NCBI RefSeq assembly: GCF_009914755.1
Contig: NC_060930.1
Strand: one strand, 5' to 3'
Source: the human T2T-CHM13v2.0 reference genome, Homo sapiens
Length of the DNA stretch: 64,000 nt
The notes under the pieces were generated by a model. That model was given only the letters and a program-made list of their open reading frames with translations, made no database searches and was not told the origin of the DNA. The position numbers and the translations under genes were made by a program. Positions 30,797 through 45,953 of this stretch are shown here, one piece after another; position 1 is the first letter of the stretch; each line of letters begins with the position of its first letter.

Positions 30797-30907
30797 GGCT
30801 GGTCTGAAGGTAATGAGTTATTTCAATTTACTGTTCACAGTCAGTTACAGATCAAATTTTGTGTTCTATTCTTTCACCCCTCCTCACTATTGCACTTGAC
30901 TAGTCCT
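30797..30907 (+). pseudogene. Y1 RNA (RNY1) retropseudogene
   Basis: GGCTGGTCTGAAGGTAATGAGTTATTTCAATTTACTGTTCACAGTCAGTTACAGATC...TGCACTTGACTAGTC; ~14 differences in 109 nt versus recalled hY1; GA-rich tail and degenerate TSD. Confidence 0.93.
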
Positions 30908-30994
30908 GAAAAGAGATCGAGAGAGAGAGAGAGGAGAAACAGCCAACACAAATGATGAAATTAGCATATAAGGATATTTTAGAGTTTAAAAGCA

Positions 30995-31304
30995 GGCTGG
31001 CCCAATTGCTCAAGCCTGTGATCTCAGCATTTTGAGGGGCTAAGGCTGGAGGATCACTTGAGCCTACGAATTTGAGGCCAGCTTGGGCAACATAAGGACA
31101 CCCTCCAATCTTTACAAAAAGTAAATATAAAAAAATTAGCATGGAAGCACACACCTGTGGTCCCAACTACTCACTACTCAGGAGACTGAAGAGGGAGGAT
31201 TGCTTGAGTACAGGAGGTCAAGGCTGCAGTGAGCCATGTTCATACCACTGCACCCTAGCCAGGACAACAGAGCAAAACCCTGTCAGAACAACAACAAAAG
31301 AAAA
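30995..31304 (+). mobile_element. AluJo-like
   Basis: Diverged dimer with ggaggtcaaggctgcagtgagccatg; (CAA)n tail. Confidence 0.85.
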
Positions 31305-31794
31305 CAGTTATTACAATTACAATCATGTTATTTAAAGAAAAATATAAACAAAATAAGGAAAAAATGGGAGCTATAGAGAGAACAACATGGATATTACAGG
31401 GCTGAAAAATACAATACATAAAATGTAAAATGTATTAGACCAAACTTATGGCAGATTAGGCTCTACAGAAGAACAGATCAGTGAACTTGAAAATAATAGC
31501 CATATAAACTATTCAAGCTGAATCACAGCGAAAAAAAATATCAAAAAGTTAATAGAGTTCAGTGACCTGTCAGACAATACTGAGCAGTCTAATGGAGTCT
31601 CAGAAAGCAAGGAAAAAGACATATAAATATACATATATATGTATATTTATTTATTTAAGAATATTGGCCAGAAAATTCCAAATTTTGTGAAAATTATATA
31701 TCCCCAGATCCAGGAATCTCAACAAATGTGAGGATATATAAATATATATGTGTGTTTATAATTGTCTATACACACACACACATATATCTCTTTC

Positions 31795-31903
31795 CTGATA
31801 TTTTCTTCTGTAGATCCTAATCTTCCATATGTTCTGTCTAATAAATTTTTCATTTTATGTATTGTATTTTTCAGCCCTGTAATATCCAGTTGTTCTCTTT
31901 ATA
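31795..31903 (-). repeat. Inverted copy of 31372-31481
   Basis: Reverse complement aligns to 31372-31481 with about 10 mismatches and 1 gap (manual alignment). Confidence 0.9.
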
Positions 31904-33164
31904 CACAATACACACACACACTCAAACTACACCAACAGACATCATAAATTTCTAGAAACCTCTGATAAAGAGAAATTTTTAAAACAGCTAGAGGAAATAG
32001 AGAACAGTGATACAAAATACCACATATTCATAATTGTGTGGTATTATGCGGCTGTTTTTTAGCTGGAAGATTAAAAAATGATATCTTTAAAGTGATAAAA
32101 CAAGATCCCGATGACTTAAAATTATATGGAAATATTAGTAATAATATCTTTCTAACAAAAACTGAGAAAAATGTCATCAGTAGTGGTAGTATAGCTCCAA
32201 AATTCTTCAGGCACAATGAAAACAACAGATGGAAACTGACTCTTATGCTAGAAAAACAAATATGTAAGTGTATGACTTTTTTCCTCACACAAAATTCTCT
32301 CAAAAATAATTGTTAAAAATAAAAAGTAACGCCAATCTATTTTGTGGGGTTTCTAACATATGTGAAAGCATAAGGAATGACGAAAAATAGCATAAAGCAT
32401 AGGAAGGAAGAAATGGAAGTATACCATGGTAAGGATTTTACATTAAATATGAAAGCCTATAATATTACTTGAAGATAGATTGTGATAAGTTAAAAATTTA
32501 TGTTCATAACATAAAGTCCAGACAAAATAAAGAGGTACAGTGAATAAACCAGTTATAGAGATAAAGTACTCAATCCCAAAGATAGCAAGGCAAGAGAAAG
32601 GGAAAAGAACAAAGAATAGATAAAACAAATAGAATTTATCTATCAAGATGGTAGACTTAAATTTAACTATATTAATAATTACATTAAATGTAAATAGCCA
32701 CTATTTTCCATTTGGATTTCACATTTTTACATTTACATACACCCCAATTCAAAGGCAGAGATTGCCAGACTGTATGAGAAGCAAGACCCACTATAAGTTG
32801 CTACAGGAAATAGACTTAAATATAAAGACATGTATAAGTTAAAAGTAAAAGAATGAAATAATTATACTATGTCAATACTAATCATGAGAAATCTAGAGTG
32901 ACTATGTTAATGTCAGACAAATAGACTTCAGGAAAAAGAATATTATCAGGGATCAATAAGATCATGTCATATTAACAGAATCAATTCAATAAGAGGGCAT
33001 AATAATCCTAAAAATATGTACTTAACAACAAAGTTTCAAAATATATAAAACAAAAGCTGATGGATTGATTGACAGGAGAAATATTCAAATCCACAATTAT
33101 AGCGATTTCAATACTTCTTTCTCAGTACTTGATAGAAAAAGTCAACAGAAAATCAGTAAAGATC

Positions 33165-33543
<379 letters not shown>

Positions 33544-33864
33544 CTAATAGAATGTTATACCCAAATAGCCTACTTGGCCTAGTAGAATGCTACACGGCTG
33601 GTGCTGCTACGCCCAGCAGGACACACATTCTTTTCAAATGCACATGGAACATTCACTAATATAGACCATATGCTGGACCATAAAACACATTGCAATACAT
33701 TTACAAGTACTTTATTCACACAGAGAATGTCCTCTGGCCAAAATGAAATTAAACTAAAAGGTTTAAAATGATACTTGAAAAATCTCCAAATATTTCAAAA
33801 TTAAACCATACAGTTCTGAATAGCTCATAGATCAAAAGAAATTAGAAGGAAAGAAAACACAGTA

Positions 33865-35210
33865 CAAGTTATCCTTGCTTTGCACAGGTCCTAATATGCA
33901 CAGATGTCAATTACCAAAAAATAACACCAGTCCCCCAACAACATGGTTCAAATTTCAGCTACCACATTTCTGTTACTACCATATATTAACTGCAAGCAAT
34001 TCCATAAAATATAAACTTCATTGTTAGCACATCAGTCCATGAATAATTATATAAGTAACATCATGTGTATCATGATCTGTGACCAATCACATCCCTTCTT
34101 CTAAAGGCTGTTGGTGATTGGTTGCTGTGCATTTCATACTCAGTTCACACACATATAGTAAAGCTGTTTCCTCTTGGTCTCCCATTGATAAACTCACATG
34201 GCATTTTACAAAAATCGATGACCAAAAGAAGAAATTGGCCAACAAAGATGAAAGTGCAGCAAGCAAACAAAAAGTTATAATGTTGGAAGTGAAATATTTA
34301 TATTGAATGTAGATGGAATTACAAAAATAGCTGATATTGAAATGTTAACATTGTCACTTTTTGAGAGACTAGGTATGCAAAGGACTTGATGAAAGTAACA
34401 AATGAAGAGAGAATTTATGATGAAAAGGATAAAGATGTGTCCCAAAAGAAGTGATGCCAGCAAAAATTTTACATGAAAGGAGCTCTCAGATATTTCACAC
34501 CATTGAAAATGCAAAGAATAAGATGTTGGAAGTTGACCTGAACTTACAAAGGAGTCTGACAATTCACAGAGGCATGGAAAAGAAGATCACTTTATATCAT
34601 AAATTACACAATGAGAAGGCATCAAGCATTGTCCAAACTACTCCTGATAACATCTTTTAAATTGTGTAACATATACATTATATAAAATTTACCATTTTAA
34701 CTATTTTTAAATATACAGTTCAGTGGTATTGCATACATTCATATTGCTGTGTAACTATCACCACCATCCATCTCCAGAATTTTTTCATTTTCCCAAACTG
34801 AAACTCTACATTCACTCTCTCATAAGTTGTTGGTGGGTTTTTTTTCCCCACAGAGCTTATTGGGTTTATAACTGGAGGAAGTCACATGTGTACAAAATGA
34901 AGCTCACACTATCCCAAAGCACAGTAGGAACTGAGAGCTGACTGATAAGTTTTTACAAAGACACAAAGTACTTTAGTTCTTAATGTTTCTAATATTTTAA
35001 ATTATGGTATTAAAAAATTTCACCATTTTTTTCATTTTCCGATACATTTATAAAAGATAATAAGAGTTTTTAATGTCATGATAAAAAACGTAAAGGTCAC
35101 AGAACAGTTGTAATTTTTTTCTATTTATTATTAAGATCACTTTGCATGATTTCAGCTAGCATCATCGTTTTCATGGTTCTTTCCTACTAGGTAAAACAAG
35201 GATTGCCTTG
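33865..35210 (+). mobile_element. Internally deleted Tigger-family DNA transposon (Tigger6-like)
   Basis: TIRs CAAGTTATCCTTGCTTTGCAC and GTAAAACAAGGATTGCCTTG; transposase-like relics LANKDESAASKQKVIMLEVK and IFHTIENAKNKMLEVDLNLQRS. Confidence 0.75.
34655..34815 (-). mobile_element. L1M (L1MB-like) 3' end fragment inside the Tigger
   Basis: aaaatttaccattttaactatttttaaatatacagttcagtggtatt...caccatccatctccagaattttttcattttcccaaactgaaactct. Confidence 0.75.
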
Positions 35211-35300
35211 CGAGGTATATATAAAAATTCGTGAGGTGCATCAAAGTTCTTTAATGGAAAAATCAAAGTCCTGCACACTTACTTTAGAAAAGAAAATCCC

Positions 35301-35579
<279 letters not shown>

Positions 35580-35904
35580 TCAATCATCCAAGGTTTCACC
35601 TTAAAGCTACAAAAAGAAGAGCAAACTGAACCTGAAGAAAGGAAATCATAAAGAGCAGAAATTAATGTATAGAATAATGCATAAACAACAGAGAAAAATA
35701 AATGAAATCAAATGACACAGCAATAGTATTCCTAAGATGTATGTAAAAGAAATGAAAACATATTCCCATGCAAAGATTGGTACCTATTCATTATAACCCA
35801 AGCTAAAAACAAGACAAATAGTCATCAAGGGGTAAATGGAAAAATAAATTGTGGTATATCCATTCAATGGCAAGCCACTACTCTGCAGTAAAAAAGAATA
35901 AACT

Positions 35905-36336
<432 letters not shown>

Positions 36337-36687
36337 CTAATCTGTATTGATTGAAAGTGGATTAGTGGCTGCCTGGTACCTGGGGGGAGCTGAGAGGATT
36401 GACTATCAAAGGGCATGAGGAAACATTTTAGGGTGATGGAAATGTTCTATATTTTGTTTGTTATGGTGGTTACTTGGTGCCTGTATTTGTTAAAACTTGC
36501 TGAATTGTACATTTAACATGGGTGCATTTAATTGAAAATAAAATAAAACATGAGGAATCCCAAAATGTGAATTTGAAGAATATGTTTATGTAACCTTGGA
36601 TTCTTGTGAACCAAGAGTGTGGATGGTGGTATGGGGGTAGGGGGAGGTGGCGTGCACTTGTTTACAGTGATGCCTGTTTGTGTTCAG

Positions 36688-36712
36688 GTGTGTGTGTGTG
36701 TGTGTGTGTGTG
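36688..36712. repeat. (TG)n microsatellite
   Basis: About 12 units. Confidence 0.9.
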
Positions 36713-37009
36713 GTGATGGTGGTAGTGAGAGAGCCTTCATTGTATATTTATTTTCAACAACAAAATTCGGTCAACAATAAGAAAATCTGTAGCCTTCTGC
36801 ATCGTCTACCTTAAATGCATTGGCACTGAGAACTGAAGGCATGTTCTCTGCCAATGAGTAATTTACAACCTAATGCTCCACAACAAAGTGAGTTTATCTC
36901 TCTCCAAGTTCCCTAACAACAGGCCACCTACTTCCTCGGGGTTTTTTCCAGGAACTAGGTCTTTCAGGCAAATGATGGGTAATAGTCGCCTCCTCCCCAC
37001 CCCACCCCT

Positions 37010-37012
<3 letters not shown>

Positions 37013-37063
<51 letters not shown>
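37013..37063. repeat. (CA)n microsatellite
   Basis: About 25 uninterrupted units. Confidence 0.95.
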
Positions 37064-37065
<2 letters not shown>

Positions 37066-39395
37066 CTGTACTTCCTGGGGGAATTCAGACCCAATCTGAA
37101 CTAGTTTTTGGAAGCCTGACAGTTCCTCTACAGCTGGCGGCCTGAGAGGATGTGGGGCTGCTGCAAGCAATGTGAAACAGAATGGAAGGTGGAGGGGCCC
37201 CACAAACTATCCCAGAAGGTGCTTGGTTTCCTACTTTGAAAGATGGCACAGCTTTCTTTAAGCCTTGGCCCCAGGGCAAAGGATAACAGACTTTATTGCG
37301 TTTCATTGGTCATCTCTTCTGGGACCAAACCTCTTGCTCAGCAAACCAATGCTAAGCCTAGTGGGCCAGGCAATCTGCCCAGAATCATCCCTTCCAGAAG
37401 ACATGGCCTGAGCTTGGCTTCTTCCAGGACTGGACGTCTGTGTTTTCTGCCGCTATAGGCACGTGCAGGCTGTGGAAATTGCTGGGGCTCTGCTTCACCA
37501 ATGTCTGTTCAGTGTTGCTTCTGTTCATTTTTCCATATAGCACTGTTTGTAAAGCCCAGAAGCTGCCTAACTTCTCCTGTTAAGCACCTTCTTCACAAGT
37601 TACTTCTTTTAAGTAGTTGCCCATGATATTCCAAAGTTGCATTCACATACCATCCTTTTTCGCTGGATGTTACAAATGATTGAGCTTGGCAGAAGTCAGA
37701 GTACTTCTTGTTTTCTCAACCTGCAGCTTACGGGAGGTTATGTACTATACTAGAATACACCACATCCAGCCCTTTGATCCATACACTTTAGTACTCAAGT
37801 TGATGATGTCAAATATTAAACATTCAATAATAGTGCCCCAAACCAAAAAAGCTATGCATTGTTTTTTCCAATCTTCAAGGGTTAGGATGTGACTGTGTCA
37901 TATGAGAAACATTAGCCTCCTTGCCTGAGGATGAATCTAGAGTAGACAATGCCCACCCCATAGACAGACAAGCAATGCAGAGATATCTACTGAGAGGTGT
38001 CTCCTCCTTGCCCATCTACAGCTTCCTGTTGGGGATTTGAACTTGACTTCCAAGGTCTCTGACTCACCGATCCAACCAAATCCACTTTAATCATTTCCGA
38101 TTCCCTCTCACATGTCCTTGGGACTGGATAGAGACAGGCAGACAAACAACTTACACGTTAGGTCTAAAAACTCAAGACTCTAATGTTAATCTAAAACATA
38201 AATGCATTTTCTTTCACTGCAGCAGAGTTTCTTTTGCTCCCACAAATGCTAGCCAAGAAAATCCAAGTGAAATCTCTGGGGAGAATAGATGAATGTCACA
38301 ACCAGAGTCACATTATCAAGAATGAGGCTGACTTGAGTTATATAACAGATGAAGAACCTTATAGGATTGATGCCTGTTATCAGGTCAGAATCACATTGCA
38401 AGCCAAATCCTATTTAAGATGTGTGTGGTTAACACTCGCTGCTAGAGTGCTCTTATGCACTGTTCAGGAATAAAAACTGGCTGTGCTCGGCTCAAGTGTC
38501 CTCATGGCACCAGGGCAAAATACACAAGCATGGCACTGGTACTTGTCCAGAAATGAAGAAAAGTTGCTAGAAAATGGCCAAGCCAATCAACCATGATTTT
38601 GGACATATTTTAAAATTTGTTTTCAAGTTTAATTTGAAGGTAGACATAGTAGTTTCTGCCAACTGTCAAAGTGAAACAACTTAACGTACTCTTTGACCTA
38701 TTGCCACCTCTTGATACACGGCAAGATGGAAAAACTTAGAATATAAATCCCACATTTATAGTGTGTGTACCCCCTCTCTGATCTAGATAGAGAAACTGGG
38801 TGGGAGGGTTGGGACGGGGGATAGAAGTTCCTCTTAAGCTCAAACTCCCCAGAAACTTTTTTCCTACAGTTGTAAAAGTATTGGTAATTTTTAAAATAAG
38901 TTTACTCTGTATTTTACAAACATTACTCTTGAGAGCTTCATCTCACCAGAAGCAGAAGTATCCAGTATTGTGGGATAACAAGGCCCCCAGGGTATTTCCA
39001 ACCAGACTGGCAATGAGAAGCAGTAGAACCACCTAACAAAGGAAACATCATTCTCTTGCATTACCTAAAAATTGCTGAGCCCCGACATGGTCAGTCAAAA
39101 TAAAGAAGTGTTAGAGAATAATGTGAAGACTCACTGACCCCCAGACAGACCCCGCAAACTGGCAATTACCTTGGTGAACTTGTTGCTCTCCAAAATCTGG
39201 TCCATAATTTTGTAGGTGCAGAAATGATGTTGTAAGTGCACCAGGATTGGCTAGACTGGAAATGCTGACTCACTCAAAGCCCACAAGATAATGATGTATA
39301 AAGCTAGAATGCAAATTGAGAATTTTACACTCACGGTGGTCTGAGTAGCCCATTCTCTTATTTTAAACAAGCTACATTAACATAAGGTTGGTTGT

Positions 39396-40160
<765 letters not shown>

Positions 40161-41362
40161 CATTTCTAAATTATAGATAGACTTGCCAGACAAACCAAAT
40201 ACATAGTCACTGACAGAGTATCTTCTTTTCAGCCACATGCTTTTATGGGTCTTTTTGTCATCTGTGTCTGCTGCTGATTAATTCCCTATCTGGTTGACAT
40301 TTCTTTTTTCTCTGTGTTCCTATGTTCTGTTAAGTTTACCAGTAGTCATTCAATAGAGTTACTCTCTATGGCTGTGCTAGTCTGGCAAGCTCCTTTCTGA
40401 ATTTCACTCATCAAATGCAGTCTCATTGCAAGTTGTTAGAGAGCATTTCCCCAAGTGCCACCTACATTCCAAAAGGATATGAAGATATTTGATGAAAACC
40501 TGCAAACCGTGTGGTTTGGTGATAGTCGGTGTCTCTTGGGAGGGGCAGAGCTTCAGAATAGGAGAGAGAAGGCGTCAGTCACCATGATGATTGTGTATTT
40601 GTGGGGGTTTTTTACGTAAAGGAATATTTGGCTGCAGGATCACTAAGGTGTGACGATGGAGGAAGAAGGAAAGAAAAAAGATACTAATCAACACCTGTAG
40701 GTTGGAGGTGTGGCAACCACGTAGTAGTTCTTGATAGCTTCCGACTGAGTGCAGTCTTTCACTGAGCCCCTATCACGTTCAGGGTACAGAGCTCTGCTCT
40801 ATGAGGCTTTCAGGGACAATGAGGACTACTTGTTACAAATGATTAATGAACTTTGCTCTTCTTGCTTGGCCAGTACATCAATTTCCCCTCATTGGCCTGG
40901 AATATCTAGAAGTAAGGAGGGATACAGGGGAGATTAAGGGGATTGTTAGAGAAGGAATCCAGTGAACTAGAAGATAATAATCACATTCCGGCATTCCATA
41001 ATAGGACTTTGCAGCATGACATTAGCTTCATAAACTTGCCGAATACCTTGACAAAAGATTGTTTCTGTGTCTTTATCTGCTCTTTAGCTTACAGACAAGT
41101 TTGCCTGACCAACCAGATCACAGAGTTCTGATAAGGTAATTCAAGAACAGGAAGTGGGTTAGTGAAGGCCAGTGTGTGAGGTGGCGAAAGGGGACTGTTT
41201 CTTTTGGACCCCAGAGAAGTGGGAAGAAAAGGAGGAAGGTGGGGGAGGCAGGAGAGCCACATGAATGTCCCATTTGTCCTTTCCTGACTTTTGGCCTAGA
41301 GTAGGAGTATATCCAGCAAATTTTTGTTATTTTCCATAGTTATACTCATCACGGTCACTGCT

Positions 41363-41915
41363 GTAGGAAACCAGAACACATCATCCCCAAATATGAAGAA
41401 TTGTTGAGCTGAAACAGTTAAGAAGTGGATACAGGAAAGCTCTCTACCCTCTCTCTGTTGACCTAAAAGCAGGACATAGTTTTTCAAAGATAAAAGGCAT
41501 CTTCCTTCCTCCCTGCCCCCACTGGGGAGAACAAAGGTAAACACTGAACACAACTTTGGACCCTTATTGGCCTGAAAATGGTATCAGAGGAATCTACATT
41601 AAGGGCTTTACTAACTGGCCTTCATCTGCCATTAATTTGCCTTCCCCCAAACTGCCACCCCTAGAGACTCAAAATCCTTTTCCTTTGTCCTGTCACTTTT
41701 CTAAAAATTTAGTGTTCTTTGATGAAAATGCTATGTGAGCTGGAATTAAAAACCACCCCTTTGAGAACTACTCATTACCTGGGTGTCACCCATGTACATA
41801 TGAAATTTATCTGTTAATAAACTTTTGTTTGTTTTTCTCTTGCTAATCTGTCTTTTGTTATGGGGCCAGAACCTATGGGGATTAAAGAAAAAAATTATTC
41901 TTTCCCTCCACCACA
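41363..41915 (+). mobile_element. ERV1 solo LTR, MER34-like
   Basis: tgtaggaaaccagaacacatcatccccaaatatg...gagctgaa...caggaaagctctctaccctc; AATAAA near the 3' end; ends ccaca. Confidence 0.78.
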
Positions 41916-42561
41916 AACACTGAATTAACAAATACTAAACTATTGTTCTCAAGAGAAATACACAGTTGTGTTCCTGTGAGCCTCTGTTCACAGCATTTTT
42001 TTTCTTTTTAAATAGACTATTTTTTAGAGCAATTTTAGATTCACAGCAAAGTAAAGCAGGAAATACAGAGAACTACCATTTACCACCTGCCCCTGCCCCT
42101 TTCCCTGCACTGCCTCCCCAACTATCAACATCCCTCACAGAGTGGTATGTTTGTTGCAATTGATGAGCCCGCATAATCACCCAACATCCGTGGTTTACGT
42201 TAGGGTTCATTCTTGGTGTTTTACATTCTATGAGTTGTGGCAAGTGCATAATGACATACATCCACCATTATAATATTGTATTATACAGAGTATTTTCATT
42301 GCCCTAAAAATTCTCTGTGCTTTGCCTATTCATCCCTCACTTCTCCCTAACCCCGGCAACGACTGATCTTTTTACTGTCTCCATAGTTTACTTTTTACCT
42401 TTTCCAGAATGTCATATAATCAGAACCATACAGCATGGAGCTTTTCATATTGGTTTCTTTCTCTTAGTACTATGCATTTAAGATTCCACCATGTCTTTTC
42501 ATGGCTTCACAGCTGCTTTCTTTTTAATGTTGACAAATTTTCTAATGTCTGGGTGTGCCAC

Positions 42562-43253
<692 letters not shown>

Positions 43254-43587
43254 CACGATTTATCTATTCACTTACTGAAGGATAGCTTGAGTGCTTCTAA
43301 GTTATGGCAATTATGAATAATGCTGTTATAAACATTCACGTGCAGGATTTTTGTGTGGACATAAGTTTTCAACTCATGTGGGTAAGTACCAAGAAGTGAG
43401 ACTGCTAGATCATATGGTAAGAGTGTTTAGTTTTGTAAAAAAAAAAACTGCCAAACTGGCTGTACCATTTTGCATTCCCACCAGCAATGAATGAGAGTTC
43501 CTGTTGCCCTACATCCTTACAAGCATTTGATGTTTTCAGTGTTCCAGACTTTGGCCATTCTAATAGGCATGTAGCGGTATCACACTG

Positions 43588-44069
<482 letters not shown>

Positions 44070-44242
44070 TGCATTGTTGTTTTAAATTGCAATTCCCTGA
44101 TGACATATGATGTGGAGCATTTTTTTATACGTTGATTTGCTATTCGTATATCTTCTTTTATGAGGTCTATATTCATGTCTTTTGCCCTTCTTTTTCAGCA
44201 GGTTATTTGTTTTCTTATTGAATTTTAAGAGCTCTTTATACA

Positions 44243-44639
44243 TGTATTAGTTCATTCTCACACTGCTATAAAGAAATACCTCAGATTGGGTAATTTATAA
44301 AGCAAAGAGGTTTAACTGGCCCATGGTTCTGCAGGCTGTATAGGCTTCTGCTTCTGGGAAGGCCTCAGGAAACTTACAATCATGGCAGAAGGCAAAGAGG
44401 AAGCTGGCACATCTTATAGAGCTAGAGCAGGGGGAAGAGAGACAAGGGGGAGGTGCCACACATTTTTAAACAACCAGATCTCCTGAGAACTCTGTCATGA
44501 GACAGCACCAGGCGGATGGTGCCAAACCATTAGAATCCACTCCCATGGTCCAATCACCTCTCACCAGGACCCACTTCCAACATTGGGGATTACAATTCAA
44601 CATGAGACCTGAGTGGAGACACAGATGCAAACCATGTCA
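44243..44639 (-). mobile_element. MST (MSTA/B) solo LTR
   Basis: tgtattagttcattctcacactgctataaagaaatacc...gaaacttacaatcatggcagaaggc...gagacacagatgcaaaccatgtca. Confidence 0.88.
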
Positions 44640-44744
44640 GTATATTTTGAATAACAGTTCTTTACCAGATATATCTTCTTGCAAATATTTCCTCCCGGTC
44701 TGCAACTTTTTCCTTCTCTTAACAGGGAGTAAGTATTTTTAATT

Positions 44745-45659
44745 CATTAATCGATCAGTATATAATCTTGTTTTATGTGTGTGTCTATTTTTAAACACCT
44801 TACTTAATAGATATTATTGACTCAGTAGCACTGAACTCATGGCCAGTAACACTATAACTCATGTGTGATTGTAGCTTATCTAAGACATGTTGTCTCAATC
44901 TGCCCGGGCTGAGCTAATAAAATTCCACAGACTCTGTGGCTTAAAGAGCAGAAATCTATTTTCTCAAACTTCTGGTGGCTAGAAACTCCAAGATCAAGGT
45001 GCCCACAGGTTTGGTTTCTGGCAAAGGCTCTCTTCCTGGCTTTCAGACAGTTGCCTTGTCCACATATGGCTTTTCCTCTGAAGGGGGGAGATGGGCAGGG
45101 TGGGCAGAAGAGAGAGAAAGCTCTTTTTATAAAGACACTAATTTTATCAGATCAGGGCCCAATTTATGACCCCCCCCCCAATAACCTGATAAGGCCCATT
45201 CTTTTAACCTTAAAACCTCTTTAAAGACCCCATTTCCATATACAGCCAAACTTGGGCTGGACCTTCAACATATGAATTTGCAGGGACACAAACCTTCAGT
45301 CCATAACACGTCTTTTCTCTGTAAGGTCATCACAGCATTCTTCAGCTTAGGAACACCAAACATCACTTCTGCACTATGGCGGGGAGCCATTTGAAACAGT
45401 AAAGTCACAAAGAAAAAACCACAAAAATGAAAACATGGGCAACTAAGGAGGCAGAAGGACTTTTGTTTACAGGATGAGAGCTGAAACAAAAAGGCAGAGC
45501 CTCACCTGGTGCGACCTCAACTGGAAAAGTGCATGAGTGACTCAAATTTTTTACCACATCATGCATGTCTATGAATGATACAAAAGCACAAGTTTTGATT
45601 TGGGGGTTAGAAATAAATTTTAGCAAATAGGCAAATCTACAAATAATGAGGATCAACTG
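44745..45659 (+). mobile_element. MER82 (3' portion) interrupted by an MLT1 LTR
   Basis: gaactcatggccagtaacactataactcatg...; terminal ataatgaggatcaactg followed by TA. Confidence 0.8.
44891..45308 (-). mobile_element. MaLR LTR (MLT1A-like)
   Basis: tgtctcaatc...ttctggtggctagaaactccaagatcaaggtgcc...ttcaacatatgaatttg...cttcagtccataaca. Confidence 0.8.
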
Positions 45660-45870
45660 TATATTTTTTGGATACATTGAGAGGATCACCCAGGAGACGG
45701 GCTGCCATAAATGCCCATTTGGATGGTAGGGAGAGGATTACAGTGAAGACAGGCCCACACCCACATGTGATCATCAGGTGCTTAAGAGGGTGGAAGGACA
45801 TGAGCAGACAGAAAGAGCTAGCTGGCAAGCTAGCTGGCAATCTGGAGCTTCCCTTCATTCTCTTGCCCCA

Positions 45871-45953
45871 CTGGATGCTGAGATGAAAGCCAGAGGACTT
45901 GCCACAGGGTCTGGATGCTGAGATGAAAGCCAGAGGACTTGCCACAGGGTCTG
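45871..45953. repeat. 40-bp perfect tandem duplication
   Basis: CTGGATGCTGAGATGAAAGCCAGAGGACTTGCCACAGGGT at 45871-45910 and 45911-45950. Confidence 0.95.

Noticed and set aside
45871-45950. Direct repeats as a CRISPR-like array
   Set aside because: Only two abutting copies with no spacers, in a eukaryotic context.
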